Source: a virus. From it: a stretch of 64,000 bases of DNA. Below are positions 19,939 to 29,875 of this stretch, in pieces. The notes below the pieces were generated by a model. That model worked only from the letters and a program-made list of their open reading frames with translations. It did no database searches and was not told the origin of the DNA. The stretch is from the IMG/VR virus record IMGVR_UViG_3300029267_002377, positions 1-64,000 of that record. One strand, given 5' to 3'. Numbering within the stretch: position 1 is the stretch's first letter; each line of letters begins with the position of its first letter. The translations under genes and the position numbers were made by a program.

Positions 19939-20769
19939 TTAGAAATCTCCTTTGGGCTCTTCCTTTATTGTAACCTTACCTCGCTCATATAAAATTTTGT
20001 TCTCTTTCTCTAAAGCTTTGTAGTCATTTCTAATAGTTTGGGAGGAAACTCCAAACCTTTTAGCGAGTTGTTCTGAGTCTTGCTCAACGTTTTCAAGTAG
20101 AAGTTTAAATATAGTTTCCCTACGCCTTTTGACTATAACCCTTACTGAAACCTTTGGTTTAGGTTTATCTTCAGATGAAACCTTTGCCAATGTTTGACTA
20201 CCCTTAGATTTAGGTTTGCTAAAGGTTTTAGCCAGCCACTTCCCGAAATCCTCCAAGACTGTGTCTACCTCAAACGCACTCATCAACTTACCCCAACCGT
20301 AGGTGAAGAGTGCACTAATGGTCAGATAGACAACCAGCACCAGAAACTTGACAACTCCCCCCACATAAGGAATCTCATATAGAGCCAAGTCCCGACCAAA
20401 CTCAGTGTAGTAAGCCCAATAGCTAACAGAGATCACTAGAGTCGATGCGATAAAAAGTCTAGGCATCTGTTTGGCGACTGTTTTCTCTATGGTTGGGTAG
20501 GATTGCTTCCAAATGTCAAAGTCAAGTTCCTCTTTATCATCCCTGCGGTTGAAAGAACGCCTTGCTCGGTCGGTGTGTTTGCTGAGAAGTTGGCTTTCAA
20601 CAAACACCACCACTAGCGGAAGGAAGTCAATGATAACCGCCCTTAGGTTGGCAGCGACCCAGTCGAAGTTCCTCTGGCTGTAGTCGGGGACCCAGATAAA
20701 TCTCGTTTGAGGAAGACTGGCTACCAACCACAGGATCATAACCAGAAGTACAAGGATTTTCATTAGCAT
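19939..20769 (-). CDS. Membrane protein with C-terminal DeoR-type HTH
   Basis: About four hydrophobic segments; LAKRFGVSSQTIRNDY-x-x-L. Confidence 0.75.
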   Translation of the reverse strand: MLMKILVLLVMILWLVASLPQTRFIWVPDYSQRNFDWVAANLRAVIIDFLPLVVVFVESQLLSKHTDRARRSFNRRDDKEELDFDIWKQSYPTIEKTVAKQMPRLFIASTLVISVSYWAYYTEFGRDLALYEIPYVGGVVKFLVLVVYLTISALFTYGWGKLMSAFEVDTVLEDFGKWLAKTFSKPKSKGSQTLAKVSSEDKPKPKVSVRVIVKRRRETIFKLLLENVEQDSEQLAKRFGVSSQTIRNDYKALEKENKILYERGKVTIKEEPKGDF

Positions 20770-20951
20770 GATTTAACTTGCTCCAACCACGCTGAGAAGG
20801 TTTCATCCAAGCTATTGTAGTTCACACGTTCCCATCGAAGAAATGCATTCCAATCTGAGAGATGAATCTGACACCAACCAGTGCCGTCAAAAGATTTCTC
20901 CACCGCAGGTCCTTCACAAACACAACATGTATCGCCCCTGCTCGCTTTCAT
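20763..20951 (-). CDS. Small zinc-finger protein
   Basis: CCVC...WCQIH; AGGAGG RBS. Confidence 0.6.
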   Translation of the reverse strand: MKASRGDTCCVCEGPAVEKSFDGTGWCQIHLSDWNAFLRWERVNYNSLDETFSAWLEQVKSC

Positions 20952-21204
20952 TGATTACTCTCCTCCTCTAACAACTTGCTTACCTGTAGGAACTCAAATT
21001 TGGATACCTGAATCTCTCGATCTCCCAACTCAAGTTGGATGCGATCAGCCACAAGCTCTATAATGAGATCGTCGTTTGGTACTGTGTTGTGCGAGTCATA
21101 CAGTAAGGGCAATAGGATTCTCATTTTTCCTCCTCCTTCACTTGGTGAACTTTCCCATTTTTCGTTTTGCGGTTGTAGACAGTTTTCATTTTTCCTCCTT
21201 CCAG

Positions 21205-21498
21205 TTACACCTTGGCAACTGGATTTCTCAAAACTATGTCCAAACCATCGCCACTTATGGCAGATAAGACAATATTACGGATGGAGTTATGAATTGAGCC
21301 ATCCTGGTCAACCAAGTTTAGGTCTTTGAGGTAGCTGCCATTCGATCCGAAAGGCTCATAGTTGCGGTCACGGCACATCATCGCGAGATCATATAGTGCC
21401 AGCGGCCTTTCATCCATGACATGCTCTAGGCTCATCATCGTCATCACAACTGATGGCTTGTCTTCCTCTGTTCCGTTTTTGAGTCTCACGGTTTCCAT
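21205..21498 (-). CDS. Hypothetical protein
   Basis: AGGAGAGAG RBS; ORF track. Confidence 0.65.
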   Translation of the reverse strand: METVRLKNGTEEDKPSVVMTMMSLEHVMDERPLALYDLAMMCRDRNYEPFGSNGSYLKDLNLVDQDGSIHNSIRNIVLSAISGDGLDIVLRNPVAKV

Positions 21499-21514
21499 TG
21501 CTCTCTCCTTTCTT

Positions 21515-24013
21515 TTACTCCACGAATATTAGCTCATTCTTTGATCTGGTTATTGCTACGTATTCCAGATTCTTTTCTTGCACCAGCTCCCACGGCGACT
21601 GTGCCATGGGATGGGGCATCAGGTCTCTACGGATGATAAAAACTCGGTCTGCTTCGAGGCCTTTTGCCCGGTGCACTGACGAACAAACCACTCCCTCAAT
21701 CTCGTCGGAAAAAAGCCCCTCAATCTTGTGAACCAGCTCATCCACTGTCTCAACGTCCTCTCCGATGGCTACGATTGTGTCTAACTTGTCTTGCAACGAT
21801 TGTAACTGATTGAGCTTCTCAAGGCGAAGGAGCTTGCCCGTTTCCCTGGCCTCATACGCTCGGAGTTTCGTCCAGAAATCATGTATTGAACTAGCTTTCA
21901 TTTTCTTGACGATGTGAATAAGACCCTTCCCAATATCCCTACCCCTCATAACGGCTTTTTGTCCTGACCGGATGAGCGAATAGGCCACCTCCACCAAAGG
22001 AGCGTTCGTCCGACAAAGGACCATATCCCCTGTCTCCATATCGCCCAGTGCCTGCCTCATTGCAGCAAAGTCCACAACTCCTTCTCTGGCCTTCTCTGCC
22101 GCCTCGATCTCTGGTACAAGAGTCTGGGCCAGCTCAACAACCGCCCTTGGACACCTGTAGGAGATGCTCAGTGGGAGCGTTTTGGCATTCAAGGTTTTGA
22201 TGACTCTTGGGATCGCTTCAATGTCGGCCCCGCGGAACCCATAAATTGACTGGTTTCTATCACCCACAGCTATCACTCGACCGCCCTCGGCGACTGACCT
22301 TAGAGCCAGCTCAATCTGGGCCTTGTTGAGATCCTGACAGTTGTGAACCAAAATGCCATTTGCATAGAAGTTATGACAATCCTCAACTGATATGTCGTAC
22401 ACGTAGTAACCCTTTATATTGATTGGCTCGACTTTATAAACATAGTAGTCTGTAGGACAATCAGAAAGTGTATGTATCTCCGATACAATTCTTTCTGTGC
22501 ACTTAACTGCCTCCATGTTTGTTACACGAACCACTTTCCACCCAATCTCTCGAAGAAAGTTGTCTTTCTTTTCATCAGTTTCTTGCATCTTCTCGTGCGC
22601 CGGCCCATCAACTTCAACTGCAATCTTCAACTCTGGATTGGCTATATCAATTTTGTAGTGAACAGGAAGGGGTCGAGAATGAACAAATCCAACCTTGTAG
22701 GAGCCAAATCTTTTAATTCCTGTTGGAATGCAAAACTCGGGGGTCCACCCGTCTCCTAATGCTTCAAGGAGGATCTGCTGAGGAAAGGGCAACCTAGCAC
22801 CGTTTCCTCCTCTCTCTCCTGGCCATGGAGCGCCTTTTGGGGGGCAATATGATCCTGTCTTTCCTAAACTGTTTGACTCCCTCATTTTCTCACTTAACCT
22901 GCGTTGACCTTCTCCTGCAATTTTGTACCTTTGGGTACGTTGTGCTGAGGTTTCCACTTGTACTATCATTCCTGGCAGTAATTTTTCGGCATCTATCCAT
23001 TTTCCGTCTGCCCAGATTTTATGGTCAACGGTACACACAACGAAACTACGTGGGCCATGTTTACTTCCTTTTAGCTCTCTAACCGAAACTTTGACCAAAG
23101 GCTTTCGATTGGGCACTTTATGCCAACCTGTTACCCTACAAGGTTTTTGCTGTTTCGTAGTTGTATCGTAGGATAGAACTTCTAAAGGCAACTCATCCTC
23201 TACAATTTTTCCAATAGGCATCGAGGTCCCATCCGAGAGAAGAACAGGCATGTGATAGGGGAGACACTCGTCCACGAACAAATAATCAAACTTCTGACAG
23301 GGGATGTCGAGCACCACCGGAAGCCATGGCATGTCATCAAAATCTACCACCCCCGTCATCCGTTTGCACCTTTCCAAAACCTCAGGAATAAGCCGAAACA
23401 TTTTCATTCCATACCCGTTGAGTTCAATGCCGTATCTATCACACATTGACTCGAGGGCGATTGGGTCATTGGGATCCGTCAGTGTCGCCTTGGCCAAGCT
23501 GACTGCTTTACTCAGGGGCGAAGCCATCTCCCAGTCATCGTCTGTCAGAAGGCTCTCCAAGATGTTCCGGACCTTTTTGGAGTCCACCTGAGGTTTAGCT
23601 CCCAACCAATCAGTGTAGTTTTTCAATCCTAAGGAGTGAAGTGTCCGGACCTGGACATGCTGAGGAGCTCGGTCTGCCAGTTCGAGCGCAATGGCTCGGT
23701 TGAACGCGACAAAAGCCACTCGAGCATCCTCCGGAGTGAATTTGAGAGCCTCGATGATAGTCGTTGTCTTGCCCGAACCTGCTACAGCCTCAACTACGGC
23801 GTTACCTTTGCCAGACTTGACAAACTCGAAAATCGCCTCCTGGTACTTGGAAGGAGTGAACTCCTTGACTTCCTTCTTCCCAAAAGTTGGTTTGTCATTC
23901 CGAGGTCTGGTTCCACGACACTTGGGGTATTTGGGACAACCCCAAAAGTCTCCGTACTTTCCAGACCGCTCAACCATTTCGGCCCCGCAATTGGGGCAAT
24001 TAGGAACTTCCAT
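21515..24013 (-). CDS. UvrD/SF1 helicase with N-terminal topoisomerase zf-C4 ribbon, interrupted by an intein
   Basis: AVAGSGKT, VDE/CQD, VGDRNQSIYGFRGA, SYRC, HRAKGLE and YVAITRS; N-terminal CPNC...FWGC-x-x-YP-x-C. Confidence 0.92.
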   Translation of the reverse strand: MEVPNCPNCGAEMVERSGKYGDFWGCPKYPKCRGTRPRNDKPTFGKKEVKEFTPSKYQEAIFEFVKSGKGNAVVEAVAGSGKTTTIIEALKFTPEDARVAFVAFNRAIALELADRAPQHVQVRTLHSLGLKNYTDWLGAKPQVDSKKVRNILESLLTDDDWEMASPLSKAVSLAKATLTDPNDPIALESMCDRYGIELNGYGMKMFRLIPEVLERCKRMTGVVDFDDMPWLPVVLDIPCQKFDYLFVDECLPYHMPVLLSDGTSMPIGKIVEDELPLEVLSYDTTTKQQKPCRVTGWHKVPNRKPLVKVSVRELKGSKHGPRSFVVCTVDHKIWADGKWIDAEKLLPGMIVQVETSAQRTQRYKIAGEGQRRLSEKMRESNSLGKTGSYCPPKGAPWPGERGGNGARLPFPQQILLEALGDGWTPEFCIPTGIKRFGSYKVGFVHSRPLPVHYKIDIANPELKIAVEVDGPAHEKMQETDEKKDNFLREIGWKVVRVTNMEAVKCTERIVSEIHTLSDCPTDYYVYKVEPINIKGYYVYDISVEDCHNFYANGILVHNCQDLNKAQIELALRSVAEGGRVIAVGDRNQSIYGFRGADIEAIPRVIKTLNAKTLPLSISYRCPRAVVELAQTLVPEIEAAEKAREGVVDFAAMRQALGDMETGDMVLCRTNAPLVEVAYSLIRSGQKAVMRGRDIGKGLIHIVKKMKASSIHDFWTKLRAYEARETGKLLRLEKLNQLQSLQDKLDTIVAIGEDVETVDELVHKIEGLFSDEIEGVVCSSVHRAKGLEADRVFIIRRDLMPHPMAQSPWELVQEKNLEYVAITRSKNELIFVE
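22340..23266 (-). mobile_element. Intein (309 aa) in the helicase Walker B motif, carrying a DUF559/Vsr-like endonuclease
   Basis: Starts CLPYHMPVLL, block B CTVDHKIW, ends YDISVEDCHNFYANGILVHN followed by C(+1); internal IDIA...IAVEVDG-x-x-H...D-x-x-KD-x-FL...GWKVVR. Confidence 0.92.
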
Positions 24014-24044
24014 TCTCAAGACCTCCTTTCATTGTTGTACTTAC

Positions 24045-24094
24045 ATTATAATACAAAACAACTCAAACGTCAAGAGGTCGAGCCTTAAAATTTT
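24045..24094 (-). promoter_or_regulatory. Sigma70 promoter with conserved upstream box
   Basis: AAAATTTTAAGGCTCGACCTC-TTGACG-N17-TATAAT on the minus strand, driving the helicase gene. Confidence 0.85.
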
Positions 24095-24225
24095 CACTCC
24101 TCATATATTCCAGTATGTAGTTAGCAGACCAAGTAGGGTCATGTTTCTTCCACTGAGAAATTGCTGCCTGGGCTACCTGTTTTGCCCAACCAGTATACCT
24201 CATAACAATTTCTAACTCCGTCATA

Positions 24226-24501
24226 CTACCCTCCTTTCTCTAGAATACACCGAGTATCTTGATGACCATAAGTAACACCCTCAACCCGTTCCCGCCACAA
24301 GACTTTAGTCTCTGGAAAACAGTCTCCATACCGGAGGCAATAGAGTCCTGGCTGACCTCTATAGAAAACACAATTCTCACAAGGACCTTGCCGGCCTCTA
24401 GCATCTAGTTGGTCTAATAGATAGCCAGCCTGCTGAGTGGGGCGGCCTATGACTCTGCTCTCAACTGATCTTGAGACGTTGAATGTTTTGCCCATTTTCA
24501 A
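24226..24501 (-). CDS. Cys-rich hypothetical protein
   Basis: CENC...C; AGGAGG RBS. Confidence 0.5.
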   Translation of the reverse strand: MKMGKTFNVSRSVESRVIGRPTQQAGYLLDQLDARGRQGPCENCVFYRGQPGLYCLRYGDCFPETKVLWRERVEGVTYGHQDTRCILEKGG

Positions 24502-24635
24502 TCCTCCTCATATATCAGAGACATCTGATAGTCAGTTGGGGGTTCCGGAGTTTCTAAAGGAACCCACAAGCCTCTCATCTGTCAGTCGGTGGGTGGGGAG
24601 AGTTTGCTCAAATGCTTTCTTTGAGAAAATTTCCA

Positions 24636-25004
24636 CTACCATCCTGACCTCCAATACTGCACCACGAGCTTGTCTTTGTATCGCTCCCAAAACTCAGTAG
24701 CATTCATTGTAGGAACACTCCCGCGTTCCTTCATTCTACGGTATCGAGCAGCGTTGTCAGGTACACAAATCTGCTTGATTGGGAAAATATGATCCATGAC
24801 TTCCTTATCAGCAGCTCCGTTCGCCTGCGCCTCCTTCAGGTTCTCAATCCTACCGTCTTGAGACCAGCGAAAATTCCGGCCAAAGCGGAAAATGACATAT
24901 GTCCAACGACCGCCCTCGATTGGTTTCAGTAGGTAGTCATCAGGGCCGCTACCTCCAGAATTTAGCCAGACTGGACCGCCTTTGAATCTTGCTTTCCTAG
25001 GCAT
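24636..25004 (-). CDS. Hypothetical protein
   Basis: AAAGGAGG RBS before ATG. Confidence 0.65.
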   Translation of the reverse strand: MPRKARFKGGPVWLNSGGSGPDDYLLKPIEGGRWTYVIFRFGRNFRWSQDGRIENLKEAQANGAADKEVMDHIFPIKQICVPDNAARYRRMKERGSVPTMNATEFWERYKDKLVVQYWRSGW

Positions 25005-25017
25005 GCGTAACCTCCTT

Positions 25018-25233
25018 TCAAAACAATCTCATCTGCAGGACTTCCTGGCCGATTTCCGCCCCGACCAGCTCGTCCAGCATTTCTCTCGTATTTTCAATTG
25101 CAGCGTCTAGGCCCTTGCCGTGGTTTCTCCCACCACAACAGCAGACACATTTTTCGTGTTTGGCGTTGTAGCAGGAGGCGTCGCAGCGGCCGATACACTT
25201 GCCGTTTTCGAATACTCGGATTAGAGTTGCCAC
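25018..25233 (-). CDS. Cys-rich protein (RCDASCYNA...CVCCCGG-x-NHG) ending QMRLF
   Basis: Likely GTG start at 25233; metal-binding Cys cluster. Confidence 0.7.
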   Translation of the reverse strand: MATLIRVFENGKCIGRCDASCYNAKHEKCVCCCGGRNHGKGLDAAIENTREMLDELVGAEIGQEVLQMRLF

Positions 25234-25235
25234 GA

Positions 25236-25364
25236 CTACTGTTCCTCTGTAGGTTCCCACTCTTCGATGAGAGCGCCACACTCTACACAACGATAAAATG
25301 TCCAAATACCTTCTGCTGTAACTACTTGACTGACAAACTCTCGCCCTGCTATGCACTCACACAT
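25236..25364 (-). CDS. 42-aa zinc-ribbon protein (not in ORF track)
   Basis: MCECIAG...YRCVECG; AAAGGAG RBS; first gene after the promoter at 25397-25425. Confidence 0.6.
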   Translation of the reverse strand: MCECIAGREFVSQVVTAEGIWTFYRCVECGALIEEWEPTEEQ

Positions 25365-25396
25365 ATTGTCTACTCCTTTCATTTTATTGCATAAAC

Positions 25397-25495
25397 ATTA
25401 TAACACAAAATACTCCAGTTGTCAAGAGGCAATTTGGTGGGTTCTGAAAATTTTAAGGTTCGGCCTCTTGACAAACTCAAATGTCATGTTATAAT
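25397..25495. promoter_or_regulatory. Divergent promoter pair
   Basis: Minus strand: TTGACA-N17-TATAAT (25425-25397). Plus strand: AAAATTTTAAGGTTCGGCCTC-TTGACA-N16-TATAAT (25447-25495). Confidence 0.88.
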
Positions 25496-26436
25496 TGATT
25501 CACAATGAAGTCAGATTTAGCTCAACTAATTGACAAGTTAGATCCAAAAGAAAAGGAGCAGCGGTCACTTATAATCGAACTCTATTTGTTGGACACTGCG
25601 CGCACTATCGCAGAACTAATGGCCACTATAGAGGAGCAGCAAGAAATGCTGGATCTTCTTTGTGAGAATGATTAAGATGAGTACAATAGTTGAAGGAAAT
25701 CCCGAATTGGTCGCTTGTCCCAGATGTGGGCAACCGGTTCTGGCAATGACCACTAAACGAGCCGAGGAGATCGAAAAAGAAGGCTGTGGATGCCAGAAGA
25801 AAAAACAATGAACTGCCCTCATTGCCGGGGCCTAATCCGAGTCCGTGACAAGAAGGATTTAGAATGGATTAAAGAACATGGCTGTGGTAGAACTAACTGC
25901 CCACCAAAACAAAAGAGAACAGAAAAAACTCTGTGATGACTGTAGGCACTCCGAATGGAAAGTCACCAACCAGGATAGAGTTAAGTTATGGTGCAGGAAG
26001 CACAACGTGTTTGTTCCTGCTACACTACAAGGTAGGGAGTGTTGGGAATGAAAATCTACTGCCCCAGTTGCAGAAGAAAAACAGAACACACTGCTCGTGA
26101 GAAAGGAGTTCAATGCAGTGAATGTAAACTTATCCACTACCAAGTCGTTCGTTAAGCTCTATTGTCCTCGATGTAATATGGAGACCAGTCACAAGGTCTT
26201 GGGAAAGAACGTTCTCTAGTGCATTGTCTGCTCCAAGATCCGCAGGATCGAAAAAGTTCTGGAGGAAGGTAGGTAAAGTAGTATGGACAAGAAGAAATGT
26301 CCGGTTTGTGGACACGAAATGAAAGGTAAAGAAAAAGATAGAGGGGTGAGCAATAAGTACAGTGTGATCGTGATTCACTGGAGGTGTACTAAATGCTCGC
26401 ATTATGAGACAGAGTACAAATGAGGGGAAAGAAAAC

Positions 26437-26637
26437 ATGTCTGGATTGAGTAAGGTTGTGCTACGCATCGAACCAGAGAAAGGAGCAGATCACGCGTCCG
26501 CTCTGAGGGAGGCGGCTATCTTAGCATTGAGTGAAGAACGGGATGCTGTTCTAGAATTCAGCCAATGTACATACTACATCGCTCCGTGGAAAATAGTGGA
26601 ATTTCTGATGGGTGAGCAAACTGAATTTGACAAATGA
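26437..26637 (+). CDS. Hypothetical protein
   Basis: ORF track; ATG after GAGGGG. Confidence 0.5.
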   Translation: MSGLSKVVLRIEPEKGADHASALREAAILALSEERDAVLEFSQCTYYIAPWKIVEFLMGEQTEFDK

Positions 26638-26655
26638 CTCCTCCTATGTTACAAT
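26627..26655 (+). promoter_or_regulatory. Sigma70 promoter upstream of the replication initiator
   Basis: TTGACA-N17-TACAAT. Confidence 0.7.
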
Positions 26656-26676
26656 ACTGGAAATACAAAGAAGCCC

Positions 26677-26786
26677 GTCTGCTCACGGGTAGGAGAAAGA
26701 GTTAAGCCCCCATCTCAGGGGCCTGGGCAATGAGGTTTTAGCTCTTTCTCCTCATGAGCAGGCCTAGGCTTCTGAGATGGGGGCTT
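26677..26786 (+). promoter_or_regulatory. Structured leader with two interleaved inverted repeats
   Basis: 26691-26705 pairs with 26738-26752 and 26704-26728 pairs with 26762-26786; all non-Watson-Crick positions are G-U on the plus strand. Confidence 0.7.
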
Positions 26787-27260
26787 CTTTATTTGAGAAT
26801 TCTAAATTATGGAAGGGTATTAAAGGAAAGCGGCAACCAGTGGAGTGAGACTTATGGAGTCAAAAAAGATTTCGTCAAAGTGGCTAGAGCGCTGATAGAT
26901 GAGGTGATGCCCTACCTAACTCCAGAAGCCTTTACAATACTGATATTTATTATCCGTAAGACGGATGGGTGGCAGAAATGTATTGATTATATCAGTATAT
27001 CTCAATTCCAGAGCTGCACTGGGCTATCAGAGCGAAAGGTGTACAAAGCACTAAACGAGCTGGAGGAGGCGGACATTATCTTCCGCCAACAGACGGGAAG
27101 AAAGTTAAAGATCGGCTTAAGTAGAGTAGGTGAGAGACCTTTCAAAGGTGAAAAAATTAACTGGGATAAGCTCAAACAGATGAAGGCTGATAGGATAGAA
27201 GCTAGAAGAAAACAGACAAAGAAAGCTAGGAGCCAGAACTCGAAATTTGGTGATTTCTAG
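26754..27260 (+). CDS. Phage replication initiator, lambda-O-like wHTH (true start probably downstream, e.g. TTG near 26793)
   Basis: IIRKTDGWQK-x-x-D-x-IS-x-SQF-x-x-x-TGLS...V-x-x-AL-x-EL motif. Confidence 0.8.
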   Translation: MSRPRLLRWGLLYLRILNYGRVLKESGNQWSETYGVKKDFVKVARALIDEVMPYLTPEAFTILIFIIRKTDGWQKCIDYISISQFQSCTGLSERKVYKALNELEEADIIFRQQTGRKLKIGLSRVGERPFKGEKINWDKLKQMKADRIEARRKQTKKARSQNSKFGDF

Positions 27261-27383
27261 CTATGTTTGTTAACATACATAGCTAGTCTGTTTGTTAACA
27301 AACAGAGCTGCACTGCATGTTAACAAACAGACAACAATATATACTCATCAATATATACTCATTACTTTACAATAGATACTCAT
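27257..27383. repeat. Candidate replication origin with iteron-like repeats
   Basis: Palindrome TGTTAACA at 27268, 27293 and 27318 (25-nt period); CAATAKATACTCAT at 27335, 27349 and 27370; directly after the initiator stop. Confidence 0.65.
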
Positions 27384-27587
27384 AGAATGCGGCAGGCTCA
27401 CTTCGTTCGCCTTAGCCGCTTCACACAAAATTCTACCACAAAAAGGATTTTCAAAAAATGCTAATTTTACCTGTATTCCTACCCCTGGTTGTAATTGCCT
27501 GTTACGGCTGGTTTGAGCTTGTCGAGGTCCTGTTCGAGGTCTGTTAGGGCCGGACGGGAATTTTTAAAAATAAAAGGAGGATTTAGG

Positions 27588-27812
27588 ATGAGAACAATCA
27601 CTGTTTATGAGAGCTTACAGGAGCTTATAGACGCCTACAAATCCGGCAGTTTGACCAGAGAGCGGTACCTTGTGCTAGATTTTACTGATGGTACATATTT
27701 TCTCAGCGGCGGTGATGCTGAGGATGAGATCGTACTAACTGAGGAACGCCTATTGGATGACATCTTGGAAGAGGCTTTCAGCGCGCTTGAGATTCCTGTT
27801 CACTTAACTTAG
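27588..27812 (+). CDS. Hypothetical protein
   Basis: AGGAGG RBS before ATG 27588. Confidence 0.65.
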   Translation: MRTITVYESLQELIDAYKSGSLTRERYLVLDFTDGTYFLSGGDAEDEIVLTEERLLDDILEEAFSALEIPVHLT

Positions 27813-27823
27813 GGGGATTTCTG

Positions 27824-28060
27824 ATGATATACGTAACCGGGAATGAAGAAATTTTCGATGAGTGGAGAACCCTTGGTGCTCACATTTCTACTCTAGCCTC
27901 TGTAGCTCAGAATGATATGATGGTATCTGAGGAACAAATCCAGGAGTGGGTTAAGCTGACAGAAGAGTTAAACGATAAGTTTAATCGCTTAGTTACTGAA
28001 ACTCTTCATCATATAGGATACACACCTCTAAGTCATCTTTGGAGAGACAGAAATGGATGA
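27824..28060 (+). CDS. Hypothetical protein
   Basis: ORF track; RBS. Confidence 0.55.
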   Translation: MIYVTGNEEIFDEWRTLGAHISTLASVAQNDMMVSEEQIQEWVKLTEELNDKFNRLVTETLHHIGYTPLSHLWRDRNG

Positions 28061-28185
28061 GAGAACTAAGTTAGCATATACTTATTGGTGTGTAGTGCTG
28101 GTTGTAAGTTTGGTCTACCTTACCTTAGTCTGCTGCGGTTCTGGTTTGTTGTTTGCAGCAATAGTTTTGATTAGGGAGTGGTGAA

Positions 28186-28746
28186 ATGATCTATTTTACT
28201 GCAGATCAGCATTTTGGGCACGAGAATATTATTAAGTATTGCAACCGTCCATTCTCATCCGCCGAGGAGATGGATGAGGAGATGATCTGGCGGTGGAATG
28301 AACAAGTCTCTCCAGAGGATGTAGTTTATCATTTGGGAGATTTTACTCTGAGTGGGTTGAGGGTTGCAAAAGGTTACTTTAGTAAGCTGCACGGGTTGAT
28401 AAATGTTCTATCGAACTCTTGGCACCACGACAAAAGGTGGATTCAGACAGCTCCAATGGTTTCAGATTGTCGTTCCTTTACTGGATTTTCAATCAATGTT
28501 CTACCACCAATGGCTGTACTGGAGCCTCAGGGAAAGCATCCAGCGATTGTGCTGTGTCACTATCCCCTAGCCCGATGGGATCGGGATCATTACGGCTCCT
28601 GGCACCTACATGGGCACAGTCATGAGCAGTATCAGGCTCCTGGGCTGATTTACGATGTAGGGGTAGACAATAATGATTTTTATCCTGTATCTCTAGATCA
28701 AATTGTGGAGATTATGAAAAGGAAAGAAAGGATTCTAGCGAGATGA
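28186..28746 (+). CDS. Calcineurin-like metallophosphoesterase
   Basis: ADQHFGH, HLGDF, CHYP and LHGHSH motifs. Confidence 0.92.
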   Translation: MIYFTADQHFGHENIIKYCNRPFSSAEEMDEEMIWRWNEQVSPEDVVYHLGDFTLSGLRVAKGYFSKLHGLINVLSNSWHHDKRWIQTAPMVSDCRSFTGFSINVLPPMAVLEPQGKHPAIVLCHYPLARWDRDHYGSWHLHGHSHEQYQAPGLIYDVGVDNNDFYPVSLDQIVEIMKRKERILAR

Positions 28747-28991
28747 GATGTCCATCTAAGGTAGCAGAACAAATACGGGATGTGGTTCCTGAGGCTCATT
28801 GGGAGCGGTTTGACAAACTGATCTCTGATTTTAGCTATAAACCTCCTGAAGAAAAAAGGATTTGTTGGATTCGCCTCAGTACTATGTGCAATGAGCTCCT
28901 GCCAGAGGGTTTGGTTGAGGATTGGCAGTTTAAGATGATTTCTATTCTAACCACGAGGAGTATTGAGGAACTGAAAAATGACTTGTCCTAA
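28743..28991 (+). CDS. Hypothetical protein
   Basis: Coupled ORF. Confidence 0.55.
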   Translation: MRCPSKVAEQIRDVVPEAHWERFDKLISDFSYKPPEEKRICWIRLSTMCNELLPEGLVEDWQFKMISILTTRSIEELKNDLS

Positions 28992-29099
28992 ATGTGGTGA
29001 CCAAATGACTCCAATCTACACCTACAAAGAAAAGGGCAAAACTAAAACTTATTACGAATGCCTTGAGTGTGGATTTGGTAAAACAGTTGAGGTGGAGAC

Positions 29100-29663
29100 G
29101 TGACTTGTCGAAAACACAACCACCTACGAACCAGTCACTTATGTGCTTATTGTTTACTGGAAGAGCGTAAAGAATTAGCTAGCCTAGTGAACAGTTTGGC
29201 AAATATTGTCATTGACGGCGATATATCGTCAAACGATCTGGATGTGGCAAATGATGCTATTGACCGAGTGGTTGACCTATTGGAAGGAGATCGTCAGTGG
29301 ATAGTCATTGGGACTGTGACTACTTAAGATATGACGAATGGTGGGATGAGGAAACTGGAGAGGAGTGGGATTATTTCGGTTGTGCTCATCCCAATAACGC
29401 TGCTAATTCCAGTAGTGAGGGATTATGCTTGGTAGCTTATGACTATGTTGCTTGTCCATTTTTAGAGGAAGGGCTTGGAAATGATCTTTGAGGTCGAGTT
29501 CGAATTGTACTCCGCCCAGTGTGGAGAAAAATTAGAATTAGAGAGGGGTAGACAACCTACAGCTATTCCTTACTTTGAAGTTGAACCATGCCCCGAGTGT
29601 GTAGAGAACATTCGTGATGAAGGTTACGATGAGGGTTTCTACGACGGACAAGAAGAGGGCTGA
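29100..29663 (+). other. Three small Cys-containing hypothetical ORFs (29100-29327, 29297-29491, 29475-29663)
   Basis: Overlapping ORFs in the track, same strand as the operon. Confidence 0.5.
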
Positions 29664-29711
29664 AAATTTTAAGGTTCGACCTCTTGACAAAATAGAAAAC
29701 TGTGTTATAAT
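29663..29711 (+). promoter_or_regulatory. Sigma70 promoter with conserved upstream box, driving the ncRNA cluster and TROVE gene
   Basis: AAAATTTTAAGGTTCGACCTC-TTGACA-N16-TATAAT. Confidence 0.88.
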
Positions 29712-29875
29712 TGATTTACAATTGAGATGTAGGCTGCGCCCGTTCACAGGTATGATTGTTAAGAATACCAACTGAGGGATTGAAATCACAGTAAGTGAGT
29801 GCAGAAAGCATCGCGTCGGGCGGTCGGGTGGTGGTGATTGGGTAGGGTCGGCGGCGGGGTGGCTTACATTCTCAT

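Noticed and set aside
29815-29865. G-rich tract as a sixth pentamer array
   Set aside because: The GGY phase is not maintained beyond two or three units.
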